DNA from: Macrostomum hystrix
Lineage: Eukaryota > Animalia > Platyhelminthes
NCBI GenBank assembly: GCA_950097015.1
Contig: CATNEN010000001.1
Coordinates: 19,840,001 to 19,904,000, forward strand
DNA length: 64,000 nt
Direction: 5' to 3'
The position numbers and the translations under genes are program-made. The notes under the pieces are model-generated. The model made no database searches. It was not told the origin of the DNA and worked only from the letters and a program-made list of their open reading frames with translations. Positions 24,367 through 37,300 of this stretch are shown here, piece after piece. Numbering within the stretch: the first letter of the stretch is position 1; every line of letters begins with the position of its first letter.

Positions 24367-25037
24367 TGCTGTGCGTGCCCAACCCTCCCCCCCCCGAGGC
24401 ACGTGCCAGTTTTCTCTCTCTCTCTCTCTCTCGCGCCTTGCTCTATGCTGCGCCCATCCCCCGTGTGCTGACCCAGGGGTTAGGGGCTTATGCTCCACCC
24501 CCTGGCGCGGCCTGCCCCTCCTTTTCTTTCCTCCCTGCCTCTGCGGCCCTGCGATTGGCCTGCCCTTTTATTTCTCTACCCTACCCCGTTCCTTCGTGCC
24601 CCTGCACTGGCCCCAGCGATTGGCTGGGCCGGTTTGTCTTACTGTCCCTGCCCCTCCTTTCTCTGCCCCACTGCATATATATAGAGCTGCATGCGTGCCG
24701 CAGCTGGCCCGACCCCCTGCTTTTGTCCGATGTCCTCACGGTCATCAGTGCGATAAATCGATAGAACTGCAATACAACCAAATATACACCCAACCTCTAA
24801 CTCCGGTAAACTCGTGAGTGTGCTTCCGTTTCTTCCGGGCGTCGCGCGGGCACTTGGAGTGAACTCTCGCTCTACTTAGGGACCTGAGTCCTCGCGAACT
24901 CTCGCAGGTCTCCGGGCGGCGGCACCAGCGAACTTTCGCGGCGTCGTCAAGGGATTAGGCGTGCTGGATTAGGCGGGTTGCCCGAGCTAGTGGGTCCCTC
25001 TCCCGGGCTGTCGCCCAGCCAGGCCCTGGGCTCAACA
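24367..25037. mobile_element. Probable solo LTR (671 bp)
   Basis: TGCTGTGC...GCTCAACA termini, 4-bp TSD CTTG (24363-24366 and 25038-25041), internal TATA-like CATATATATAG. Confidence 0.65.
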
Positions 25038-25990
25038 CTTGCCTTCTGATCATTCATAATCAAATTCAACATGAGCTGCTTTGGGTAAAACGCCGCTTAT
25101 ACGAGCTAGAAAATGTCAGATTTCTGATGTTCAAGGAAAACTTTAGATAATAATAAGAATAAGAACAAATTGGGAAATGGCTTCGTGGGAAAATTTCTCC
25201 AACAAGTGGTCCCATCCATTTTAACTGATGAAAGGACGTTTTGCTGACGACGCTGCAGGGACGTAGTCGCATGGCTCGCTATATCGACCGGCTGCTGATG
25301 GACGCCCCCTACCAAGCGGACTCCGTGACGCGGTTACGGTCGCTGGGCCTCAGGCGCGCGATCTGACGCTCCCCCTGACCTCTGGGCCACTCGAGGCCTG
25401 TGGGGCTGCGTTTAGTAAGTTTAGTTAGTTACGAATGAAAAAATAATAATCTCTCGCAGCTAATGTGTCCATTATCTCCTACCATTCAGGGCAGCCTTGG
25501 TATCGACTATGTCGTTTCTGACTGGAAAGGAAGTTCTCGCTAAATGATGACTGAAAAACTAGAAAATTTCCTAGCAGCTATTGCAAAAAAGTTTGCATTG
25601 GAGGAAGGATTGGATTGCCTCAGTGTTGGTTGATGAAAGCTTTCCGAATCTCTCCGAGTCCCCACGAATAGACTAGACTTAGAGTGACTAAGTAAGCAGA
25701 AATCTGCTTCACTTCCTGGCGACAAAAGCGCGCTTAGTCGGTCGACCATTCGGGCTTAATTCCTGAGCCTGTAACCCTGATGGCTTTGAATTCTGACCAG
25801 GAGTTTCTACCATCGTTCTTGTGTGTGTAGTTTGCATGTCCCAAGCGAAAATGAAATGGGAACCAATGCGGGACAGCTGGCCTGGGGGTGGGCATATACG
25901 AGTATATAAAGTATGCCTACATTATTATAAAACGGACATGCGACACTAAGGGTTGCGAAAAGTGGACTGTTCAAAAGTTACTGCGAAAAT

Positions 25991-27022
25991 ATGGAAGCAA
26001 ACGTGTCATTGCTTCTCTGCGTACTGGTACTCCTACAACTCTGTGCCCCACTAACCGCTGAAGTTGCTGTCGCTCAGTTTGTAGTGATAAATCGAAAGTG
26101 CCTGAATGCTTCACTATCGGTGTGGCGAAAGCCTCGGGACTCCATCTCGATCATCGACTGCTTCATGTCGAGTCGCGAGTTCCGTCTAAACAGCGTCGGC
26201 GTGGTGCAGCGGAACAGGCGAGACGCCTCGTGTTTACTATTCCGATTTAGTCAGGTGTGTCACCTGCTCAGTCTATTCAACATCAGCTCTTCGGTGGCTA
26301 ATGCTGGACTGCGAGATCAGTTTGATTGCGAGACTGTTGTGGACTCTGAGTACGATGCCATCACGGCGAACGAGCACTTCAGTGCTGTGTGGGTTGGAGA
26401 CAGGGGACCGGCTCTGGAGAATGTGGTGTGCGGCCCTGGTGGACAGAGGAATCCCATGAGATCCAGCAATGTGAATTGGACGAACGAGGGCGCAGTGATG
26501 GACGGAGTATCGTCTCGACTGTGGGTGGACGATCCAGTCGGTCTAGACTTCACAGGCTCCTACACCTGGGTGCTGCACCTGAGGAGGAGGCCCAAAAATA
26601 ACTGCTTTGTTGAGTTAGAAACTTGTAATAACTTGGGTAGTGGGCATCTCGATCACTTCTGGGAGTTCAGCATAATGTCGCTTCGTGTACCGTATGCTCT
26701 TTACCATATGCCAGGCAAGCCGTATAGGTTACAAACTGGCTCAATTTTGCCCAGCAACAGTACGAAGTTCTTCGTTGCCGGAGTGTCCTACAATCGACCG
26801 ACTTCTGCCAAATTTTTCTTGGGATCTTCCTTTCTGTCCTGGCCTGAATACGTTCACAATGGTTCTGCCACTTCGGTGTACCAGGCAGCTGGAGCCTGCA
26901 TCAAGATCGGCTGGCGTTCACCTATAAATCCAAGCTTTCTTGATGGCGCAGTCAAGGCCGTTGCGTTAGCCTCATCAGCTCTCACTGATCTCCAGATCAG
27001 GCAACTTTTCCACCTGGGCTGA
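25991..27022 (+). CDS. Secreted PAN-like/LamG-like family, copy 5 (intact, 343 aa)
   Basis: Leader MEANVSLLLCVLVLLQLCAPLTA; same core as the other copies; C-terminal FLDGAVKAVALASSALTDLQIRQLF. TATA-like TATAAA at ~25904 and ~25926. Confidence 0.87.
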   Translation: MEANVSLLLCVLVLLQLCAPLTAEVAVAQFVVINRKCLNASLSVWRKPRDSISIIDCFMSSREFRLNSVGVVQRNRRDASCLLFRFSQVCHLLSLFNISSSVANAGLRDQFDCETVVDSEYDAITANEHFSAVWVGDRGPALENVVCGPGGQRNPMRSSNVNWTNEGAVMDGVSSRLWVDDPVGLDFTGSYTWVLHLRRRPKNNCFVELETCNNLGSGHLDHFWEFSIMSLRVPYALYHMPGKPYRLQTGSILPSNSTKFFVAGVSYNRPTSAKFFLGSSFLSWPEYVHNGSATSVYQAAGACIKIGWRSPINPSFLDGAVKAVALASSALTDLQIRQLFHLG

Positions 27023-27899
27023 GCAAGTTCGATACGAGGGAAAACAAATTTAGTGATGACGTGCGAGCTGTGAGGCTACGACAGTGATTGAGCAAATCGA
27101 GGCTCTGAGTTGATGATTCTATACTTATAACTGCTTTAGAACTGAAAGTTAGTAATACTTTTACAGTGCAGCTTTTTCTTGGTTTCTTTTCATTAAATTC
27201 AGTTTGGATTACGATTGTATGACAGATATTTTTCCCCGAGACATTGCTACTACACGGGCTGACTACACTCGAAATAAGTTACCAGTGCTTCTTAATAGAC
27301 TTTTTCCCAAATGTCTGCAATGAGTTCTAGGAAAACTTGTCTCGGAAAGCAGCTGCTTTCCATGGGCTCTATGTCAGAACATGTGCTATGCAAGCTGCTA
27401 GCTTAATGAAGCAAACGTCTGCTGAAAGTTTCCTTCTGCAAAACGGAAGTAGATTTAGGCCTCATTATTGTTTGCAGATAATTTTCTTTTCTATTATTCT
27501 GGCTGGATCAATATTCGGCTCTTACTGTCGGAAATTCTGTCCCTAATGCAGGCAATTAAAAAGTGTCTGTCGTTCTGTAGGGAAGGATATTGGTGAAATA
27601 TTTAGTTTAATGACTAACTATTAATCAGTAATGGTTTCACACAACTGTTACGCATATTCGCCTAGCTTTTGTTTTACTTACGCAATCTTTTTTGTGTTAA
27701 TCAGCAGCTAACTATTACTAGTGAACCTGTACCAACCCCCCGGCCTGCTCAGTTTTTTTACGCAAGCCGCTAAATTGGCCACGTTTTGGGCAACGCAGCC
27801 CCGAGCCTGATGGTTTATTCAGGCCGAAGCCCAATTCACACTGCGGGGCGTCACTCTGGAGGAGACCAGGTACAGTTACCTGTACAGTGACTGTGGTCT

Positions 27900-28212
27900 G
27901 CCCGGCAGCAGTGGCACCTGGCATTATAGTGCCCCGACTTCACCACGGACATCCAGCACGTGGCAGGCAAGGACAACCCGGTGGCCGACGCGCTGTCCTG
28001 CTGCACGGTCGACTCGGTGGTCCCCGGCGTGGACTTGGCAGCAACGCAAGCAGCGGACCGCGCTGCCCGTGCCGACACCAGCCTTCAGCTCGAGCCGCTG
28101 CAGCTCAACCCCTGTGTCAAACTGCTCTGCGTCATCTCCACCGGCTGGCCGCGCCCGTTTGTCTCCGAACTTCCGCCGCGCTGTGTTCGACGCTATCCAC
28201 GACCTTGTCCAT
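27900..28212 (+). mobile_element. Gypsy/Ty3 pol remnant (RNase H end to integrase zinc-finger start)
   Basis: DFTTDIQHVAGKDNPVADALS, then ISTGWPRPFV and, after a frameshift, FRRAVFDAIHDLVH. Confidence 0.75.
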
Positions 28213-29830
28213 AAAACAAGAGTATTGCGTCCTGCATGTACGTTACTTTAGTTGTCAGTGGGCTGCAATTGGTTCACTATCGATTTTCTCGAAGCCTTAT
28301 TCTCTAATTTAATTCTTATCTAAAAAAAGAAAAAGTCAGCAGCAGGCAAACTAAAAGCGTTTAATACTCAATAAAGTTTCTGCGTGTTTGAATCGTTTGA
28401 ATCGTGTTTGCCCCGCTTTCAGTGTTTCGTTCAGGCACTTTCGATACACCATTGACGGCATTGACGTCAGTGGTTCGAGAATCAGAGCAAGATAAAATGA
28501 TTTGATTGCCGTCATTCTCGGTTTTTCATAGAGCTGTGTACATTTTGTTGACATAAATTAGTTCGACAAGCCACGAAATGAATATTTTAGATTATGTAAT
28601 CCAAGGAACCCCGCTATTAAACTTTTGGCTCTGCTTATAATTTTTAATTGCTGTCAATCAGTGGCCTCGCTATGCAGCGCAAGTTGCGTTTTTGAAGTGG
28701 TCCTGGCTGAAAGCTTTTTAGAAGCCTCATGCTGTCTGCCAGCTTTAGTACATGTGTAAGTCTTGAACTTAAGCGCCCATCACTTGCATTTTTTTCAGTG
28801 CACTTTTTTCAGTGCTTCAGTCATCGTGTCTGTTGCCGCAGTGTCTGGCCTACCAGTTTCAACTATGCAAGTCGGCAAACCTGCTCAACCAGCCTAACTG
28901 CATTTGAATGGAGTTTTTGGTAGCTAATATATTTACTTAAACCAGGTAAGTGATGGTTCTCTGCTTGGCGTTGAGCTGTGGATTCTGATGGTAAGGCGGT
29001 GCAGCTCCTGATTAAAGTCACTCTTGTGATGAAGAGGCTGCTTATCAAAACTGTTTAGATTGCACTTCCACTTAAGACTCTGACGTCGCTCCGGTCTAAG
29101 TGTTTGATTGGGGATAGTTACTATTGAATTGGAGATCGGATGCTGTGGAATTCGGAAGGGTAGTTAACTGGTTAGTCCTTTTGTTGATAATGAGCTGGGT
29201 ATTCTTAGCTTGCACCTGTGGGAGCCGCTGCAGTAAGTCAAAAAATGAAAACAAAAATTCGATTGGTATTCGATGAAGATTATTGTATAAGACGTGATTC
29301 GAGTTGAATACTATGATTCCAACAAAACCAAACAAAAAAATGAAAATATTCACACCCAGAAACATCATCAGCTGATTGTTGATGGAGTTAAGGGCTGAGC
29401 AGAGCAGCTAAAAAGGAGGAGTTAGTACTCATCAATCGCTGCGAGCCGATTCGATCCGATTGAGTAGCCTGAGCACGCATCAGCTGCGTATCAAGTGTCC
29501 ATCAGCAGATCGCGACCTCTGTGCAGCTATGGGACTGTAGTTGATCTGGTATTTTGGGGAATCCCAACTTCTGGATTACCGAGAGCGTATTGTGGGCGTG
29601 GCAGAGCCGCCTCGATCAAGGCTGGAAGGGAGAGAGAAGATAGAGATGCGTCTGGGAAGAGTCGCAGGCTGACACGCTCAGGTGGGGCGTCAACTTCATC
29701 GCCTTCGCCCGTCAGAGAGCTGAAATTGGAGCTGGCAAGACGCGGCCATAAATACGCGAGGCGCGCCCAGCTTCGAGGCGAAATCGGGACGCAGTTTCGA
29801 CACAAGCCGGAGCCCGAAGCAGTAGCCACC

Positions 29831-31516
29831 ATGTCGGGCCGGCCGATTTTCAAGAAGAGCAGCCCAAACAGCCGCCTGACCTGCTACCTGGGCAAGCGGG
29901 ACTATTTTGACGATCTGGCCACAATGGACCTCATCGACGGCGTCGTGCTTGTGGATCCGGGCATCGGGCCGGACAAGAAGGTGTTAGCGCACATCAAGTG
30001 CGAGTACCGCTACGGTCGAGGCGACATGGACAACGTCATGAACGGCGTGTCGTTCAAGAAGGACTTCTACTTCGCGGCCATGCAGGTCTACCCGACTGAT
30101 GCGCCACCGAAAAAGCTCACGCCGTTGCAGGTTCGGCCCCTGACGTTGAAACTGAAACTACTCAATGAATCGAAGATGTTGACCCTAGTTGCGTGTGTGC
30201 CTGTTGTAGGTCGTATCATCTGCTCGTGATGCTTAGGCTCAGCGGAAGAAAGGGCAGAATTTTCTTCTTGCTGCCTATTGTGCCAAGCCCCAGTGAAAAT
30301 ATTTGTCATTCAGGTTCTTGGATTTTGTCCAATTGATTTCGATGCAACTCCCTCCTCGTTATCTCCGGCAGGCCAGTCTCATGGCGAAGTTCTCGAACGC
30401 GCATCCGTTCAGCTTCCAGCTGCCGCACGACATTCCACCGTCGCTGATGATCCAGAGCACGGCGGTGTCGGATGGCTCGCAGGAGGAGGAGCCGTGCGGT
30501 GTGGAATACTATGTCCAGGTGTTCGCGGCCAAGCGGCGTGACGACCAGCCGCAGAGCCACTCGTCAGTGAAGATGGCCATCAGGCGCCTCACCTGCGCGA
30601 CTTCGAAGCCCGGCGACGTCAGTAAGCCATCAGCCGAGATCAACAAGGCCTTCCATCTGCACTCAGGCAGCGTGCGGCTGGAGGTCTCGCTCGCCAAGGA
30701 GCTTCACCATCACGGCGAGCCGGTGCTGGTGAGCGTCGTTATTGACAACTACTCAAGCAACGTAGTCAAGGGTCTCAGCCTGAAGCTGCTGCAGCTCATT
30801 GAGATCACTCTGTTCAAGGAGAAGGCCATTAAGAATGTGATCTACAGTGAGACAGTGGACAAGGGCTTCCCGCTAGCGCCGGGTCAGGCCGGATGGTGCG
30901 AGACCTTCAAACTGCGGCCCAGCCTGGCTGACAATCGCAACAAGGTGAGAGCTGTCTTCGAAAATTACTTCTATGTCTAGCCACTGTCGTTCCAGATCTT
31001 ACTAATCGTAGTGCAAAAGGATGATCTTATCGTCTTTTTGTATGACTATAGCATACCATTTTCATTTCTCTATTAAGAGGAAAACACTTGTTCTTCTAAG
31101 GAAAAATATCTGAAACTGTACACCTCAAGGCCGGAGTAGCACTCGACGGAAAGATGAAATATCAGGACACAAACTTGGCTAGCTCAACCCTCATCAGGGA
31201 CTTTCGCAACAAGGAGAACATCGGCATCATAGTGCAGTACATTGTGAGTGGCTGCTCCTGCTTTAAAGCTTGAATTGTCTTTTCCGGCCTTCTGTTTCAA
31301 CTAAATGTTCGGACGGCGACCTACCCGCAGGTGAAGGCCAGAGTCTTCACCGGATTCGGTGGCCGAGACGCCGTGCTGGAGTTGCCGCTGATTCTCAGCC
31401 ACCCGAAGCCGGTCGACGGATCAAGCGAGGCCAAAAAGTCAGACGACATAGTCTTCGAGCACTTCGCCAGGCTGAAGGTCGCCAAGCAGGACACTATCGC
31501 CGAGGCTCTCGACTAA
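29831..31516 (+). CDS. Arrestin (beta/visual clade), 4 exons, ~390 aa
   Basis: GCCACCATG start; exons 29831-30130, 30372-30944, 31130-31243 and 31331-31516, all phase 0. Motifs [38 protein letters not shown]...[18 protein letters not shown]. Confidence 0.95.
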
Positions 31517-32599
31517 GCGGGCTGACGAGACAGGCTGATATTCTAAGATAATACTTGACTGAAGACCAGATTATCGATGAGGATGCGACTGACATAACTC
31601 AGCCAATAAGGGGTCAGGGGACATCAGAGGACATTCAGAACTGGTTGACTTAATCCAGCTTAATCTCCGGAGACACCCGCGAGTTTCGTAGTGTAGCCTA
31701 TATCCTTCGTTGCGTCGGATGCAGAGCCAGAGCCTTTCGCAGGCACCAATTAGTGTAGGGAAATGTATAATGCACCGGAACCGCAGATCTGCGACCCCTC
31801 TGCATCGATATGACCGGCCCCTGGCAGCCTAAATCCGGCTCCAACCGCAGCGATTCGCCTACCAGCGCTCGTCTGGAGTCGTCGGGCTGTCAGGCGCCGG
31901 GAGGTCGATGCGGGGTGCCTGTGGGCACTCGATAAGAATCATCAGCAGCACCGCTTCCAGCACGAAACAGAACCAACCTGAGCTGGGAAGACACGATCCC
32001 AGTCTCATCAATGCTTATGATAAACACGAGTCTGTTCAACTGAATTTGATTCGCTTTCTCCTATTATTTCTTTGTCTTTAGTAACTATCGTCATGGCAGA
32101 GTTCTGCTAAAAGTCAATTGGAAAAGTATAGAAACCACCAAAGATTTGGAGAAATTATGCAGATTCTATGACTGTAAAATGAGCCAGAATGGTACAGTCT
32201 CTTTACGGTACGGTAGACAAGAATTTACTCCGAGCTGAAAACAAATTCGGAAACAAATTCGAAAACAAATTATGCATGGCTTCCGTCGCGCCTTTCATGT
32301 ATCTTCTTATCTCATTCCTCTGCACTCTAGTCTGTTAACCTTCGATTCTCCATTGTCAGATGTCAGCTCGCTCTAATTCTGCCAGGTTCTCTACCCCTAC
32401 CTTTGATCTCTTCCCAACGCCTTCTGATTGGTCCGCCTTCCGCCTTCTAGCCTCATTCTCTTACCCCAGCCCAGTCTTGTTATCGGCCGCCAATCCCTCT
32501 CCACTCAGTTAAATAATAGACCGTCAAGGGCACAGCATTAAAATGTCCCAACGTTGCTCGTAGTCTTTCGATATTTTCCCTACAGCTTCAGTTGGCACT

Positions 32600-32835
32600 G
32601 CTGAGTGAGTTACAGAGCGGCCTAACGCATTCGCATCGGACCAACTTCCCCAAGCTCGATTCCGCAGCGCGGTCACATTCATTTGGGGGCGCAGCCGCGG
32701 AGAGAAGGCTTGTGGCCCTTGTCGTGCAATTTAGTCCAAGGCAAAGTGACAGTGTACACTGCCTGACAATATAATAAATTTAGAGCAGATGTACACATTT
32801 TGGTGCATGTGTGGTCAGGAGTCAGCGACACGAAT
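32600..32835 (+). mobile_element. SINE family A, degenerate copy
   Basis: GCTCGATTCCGC...CACATTCATTTGGGGGCGCAGCCGCGGAG...GTGTACACTGCCTGAC matches the other copies. Confidence 0.7.
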
Positions 32836-33300
32836 TCAATACGACTTTATCGTAGCCGCGAGGTCATATGTGAATGCAAGTGTTACAGCTTGTGTTTATG
32901 CTTTTATCTTCAAACAAAAGATTGATTTGTAACTTAAAATAAGCAAACTGGCGCCTTGTTTAACGCAAACGAGAAGTTTCTAGTCAGGAAGGACTAGAGA
33001 ATACTATCTATCAGAATGTGTATTTTAGGCATGAAAATATGAGCCAATGTTTGAGGGGAATATGCCAAATAGATATCTTCTTGAAGCGTTTCTTTAACGA
33101 AAATGCTGCTTGATTAACTAATATGCCTGTTCATGCAAAATATACTACTTACTACTTACAGTCCTGAAAGTAGAGTGAGATGAGAAGAATGCGCACGGGT
33201 TATAGCTTGAATTTTTATCAACCGGGTGCATTCCTTTTTTCTTGGATAAAGTCGATGCAACCAAGGAAAACTGTGGGATCATAGATGATAATAGTAAAAA

Positions 33301-33598
33301 CGAATGCAAAACCTTATCTGAATGATTGTTTACGAATACAAAACCTTATCTGAATGATTGGTTACGAATGCAAATCCTTATCTGAATGATTGGTTACGAA
33401 TGCAAAACCTTATCTGAATGATTGTTTACGAATGCAAAACCTTATCTGAATGATTGTTTACGAATACAAAACCTTATCTGAATGATTTGTTACGAATGCA
33501 AATCCTTATCTGAATGATTGGTTACGAATGCAAAACCTTATCTGAATGATTGTTTACGAATGCAAAACCTTATCTGAATGATTGGTTACGAATGCAAA
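33301..33598. repeat. 32-bp tandem repeat (~9 copies)
   Basis: (CGAATGCAAAACCTTATCTGAATGATTGTTTA)n. Confidence 0.95.
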
Positions 33599-33709
33599 AA
33601 TTTCAAATCTTCCAAACAAATGGACTGATCACTAGATTACACATAACTTCTTCCCATTTCAAAAAAGGGGAATCCCTTAAGATAATAAATACAAAGAGGG
33701 GAATTCAAC

Positions 33710-34150
33710 ACTAGGATCGAGTAAGGGGGATTCCTAAAACTAAATAGTAAGAGGGATTCCCAAAACTAGAATCGAGTAAAGGGGGATTTCCCAAAACTAG
33801 AATCGAGTAAAGGGGGATTTCCCAAAACTAGAATCGAGTAAAGGGGGATTTCCCAAAACTAGAATCGAGTAAAGGGGGATTTCCCAAAACTAGAATCGAG
33901 TAAAGGGGGATTTCCCAAAACTAGAATCGAGTAAAGGGGGATTTCCTAAAACTAGAATCGAGTAAAGGGGATTTCCCAAAACTAGAATCGAGTAAAGGGG
34001 ATTTCCAAAACCAAGAATCGAGTAAAGGGGGATTTCCAAAACTAGAATCGATTAAAGGGGGATTTCCCAAAACTAGAATCGAGTAAAGGGGGATTTCCCA
34101 AAACTAGAATCGAGTAAAGGGGGATTTCCCAAAACTAGAATCGAGTAACG
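33710..34150. repeat. 31-bp tandem repeat (~13 copies)
   Basis: (GAGTAAAGGGGGATTTCCCAAAACTAGAATC)n. Confidence 0.95.
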
Positions 34151-34373
34151 GAGATTGCTAAAAATAGAAACAGTAAAGAGTGAATCCTTAGAGGATATAT
34201 AATCGGATAAGAAGAACCACAAAATAGAAACACTGAATAAAGCTAATTATTTTTCGGATCTAAAATTAACTCCGTTATTCCCTACTTAAAGTAGTAGCCA
34301 ACGCAGCTGACAGCGAGTTCTGATTCGATTTGAAGACTTTTATTTTAAACAGCAACAACAAAAACTAGGGGCA

Positions 34374-37300
34374 TTAAAAATCGCCAGCAGCCTGTTTGGC
34401 CTCTTTAACGCTGAGAGGCGCCACTGGCGGTTCAACAAAGTCTTCAAAATCGGCGTCTTCGGTATCTGGGCTGAAGCCGCTCTTGACCGCAGCAGCATTT
34501 TCGCTGCACCAGTCAGACAGGACGCAGAATGCATGCCTAGCCGATGCTAGAATGCTCTCAACGGCCTGGCCATTGTCCTGAGCAGTGGCCACTGCCAGCA
34601 GCCGCAGCAGCTGGGCGTACAAAGCCTTGACGCTCTCCAGTTTAGATTGGTCCTTTAGAATCTTGGCGAGTTGCATCAGGCCGCGGACAGCGTCCAGGGC
34701 CTCGTTTGAAACAACGCGAATCAAAGAACTGATGCCAGGCAAATCCGCTTGGTCAATGTCAGAGTTGCTAGCCGCCATTAGAAGCTCCTCCAAGGGGTGC
34801 CTAGCAACGGCTAGCATCCTTAGCAACGCCGACTCTTGTCTGTAGCGCCGGCCAGGCAGCAGGATCTCGCCGGTGGCAGCCGCTTGCTTCCTAGCCTCGT
34901 CCGCTCGGTCCATCTGGAATTTGGCCAGCTTGCCCACAGATTCCAGGCACATGCGCGGATTGCGCAACTGCGGGTCGGACCGGATGCTGAGCAGCAGCCG
35001 GATGCAGCCCGAGTAGCCGAGCATCCATTTTGAACGGCAGTCAGCCAGACTCTTCGCCTTAGACCAGCCCTGGTGGATTGGCAATGCTCGTTTTCTAAGA
35101 TTTTTTAACAAACAGATTAATTGACACAAGAACAATTTAACTAGAGAGACGAAACATTCTACATAGTTTGAATTCAAAACGGCCCTAATAAGGGTCAATT
35201 ATAGTACTGCGATACAAATCAAATTTGGTTGAAAATATAATATAATATATGATATAATAACAATAAATGCAGGAGGGCTGCGAGCAATGGCGCATCATTT
35301 GGTTGACACTAGAACCGCAGCCAGCGAGGAGCCAATTCAGCCTATTCCGCTGACTCCTGAGCACACTCCTGAATACTGTACGCAGGCGCTCGCTCACACA
35401 GGTGTGTACATCTGGCCTGACTTTCTCATCGTCAGGCAGTGTACACTTCACTGAGCCTTGGAGGTTGGGCATCAAGGGCGTAAAATTGCCCCCAAGCCTT
35501 CACTCCGCGGCTGCGCCCCAAATGAATGTGGCCTCGCCGCTGAATCGAGCTCAGGGACCTCGGTGCGAGAAACGAACGCGTTAATCGCTCGGCCACTCAC
35601 CCCTTAAAATTCGTGTGTAACTTATTGTGTGCAATTTTATGGGAACTTGTGTCCCTGTCCCTGGAAAACCTTTGCAGCCCGTTTTCGTTTTCATGACAAA
35701 AATACACAAATTAACTAGGAACACTGTCACCTTTTGATTAAGAAAAGTTTTTTACTTTTGATGCGGTACATACACGTAGAAAAATATTTTTGCATTAGTA
35801 GCAAAAATTATACATCAATTTACAAAACACAACAAATTTTTGAGATATATCAACAGAATAGGATGTTAGTAACCATGCCTTAGAACATCTTCATGATGTA
35901 GGGATGCAAGAAAGCACAGCAACCTTTTCCTGCCTTCTTCATAAAGAAGATTTGTATTGGAATATTTTTTTTATAATCTCTCCCTGAGTGTGGCCCTTAT
36001 AAGGGCCGTTTTAAATTCCCTGGCTTAGCATTATCCTAATATCCTAATAGATATTAGGACACTTAACATAAAAATCACTTTAGTAATCAATAAAAAAGCT
36101 TATGGGTCAGTAGGTCACAAGTTCGAATCTCAGCCCAGGGAAAGATATCGTGTGCTATCTAAATGCATTAAAAAAACAAGCAAGACATGTGACTAACCTC
36201 AAAGTAGGCCCTGAGCAACATGTCGGCAATGTTCTTGTGCGCCTGAGCTGCCTGGTAGCGGAAGCTGTTACGCCGGTCGCTGGGACTCTCCGTGTCGCAC
36301 ATGGCCAGGGCTTGACGACACAGGCGGAGCGCCTCCTTGCAGCGCTGAAATGCGAAGAGAAAAATCTGTCTCAACTGGTGGATGTTATTCTGCGCACTCC
36401 GCTGGTCGAGCAGACACACGGATGTGTAAGCATGCATTCATATTGCCTCATCAGGACGAAGGAGAAAAGAGAGATCAGACAGGGGAGAGACGGGAGAGAT
36501 GAGACACTGGAGAGATGAGACAGTGGAGAGATGAGACACGGGGAGAGATGAGACAGGGGAGAGATGAGACAGTGGAGAGATGAGACAGGGGAGAGATGAG
36601 ACACGAGAGGGATGAGACAGTGGAGAGATGAGACACTGGAGAGAAAAGACACGGGAGAGATGAGACACTGGAGAGATGAGACAGGGGAGAGATGAGACAG
36701 GGCGGAGATGAGACAGGGGAGAGATGAGACACGGGAGAGATGAGTCACGAGAGAGATGAGACAGTGGAGAGAAAAGACACTGGAGAGATAAGACACGGGA
36801 GAGATAAGACACTGGAGAGATAAGACAGGTTCAGAAGCTTAGCAGGCCGCATGAAAGTTGATTACAAGGTAGCTGCTGGCTGATCTTCTGCCTCCTTAAC
36901 GTGTTTAACTATTATAACAATGGAGCTCGATGAGCAGAAATACTAACTGGCCAAACACAGTTTGTGTGCAACCATAGTCTCCGCATACTATGCGACGCGG
37001 GTTTGAGCATCAGGTAGTGAAGTGTGCGAAACGACCCCCCTCGCAGTCAATCGATTTTTCAGCGAGCAGACTGAAGGCAGCGAGAACCCCGGCAGCTGAG
37101 AAATCAATACCAACAGCCGTCGAGTCCGCAGGCTCTTGACGCCTTCCGCTGTCTAAAGCCGCAATGCCATCCATCAATCCATCTGGTCGGTCTGCCCCTT
37201 GCTCCCCTGCAGCTCAATGTGGTGTGGGGGGTCAGTTCCCCCCCTAATTTTCTCGTCAGAGAAGGGAAAAATCACACAAGGGACGCGCCCCGCAGCGGCT

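Noticed and set aside
10623-26553. Conserved antisense ORFs (MKSRP...) in several family copies
   Set aside because: Shadows of the near-identical sense-strand core; no independent evidence.
28700-29370. Possible minus-strand exons upstream of the arrestin
   Set aside because: Multiple stops and no recognisable homology.
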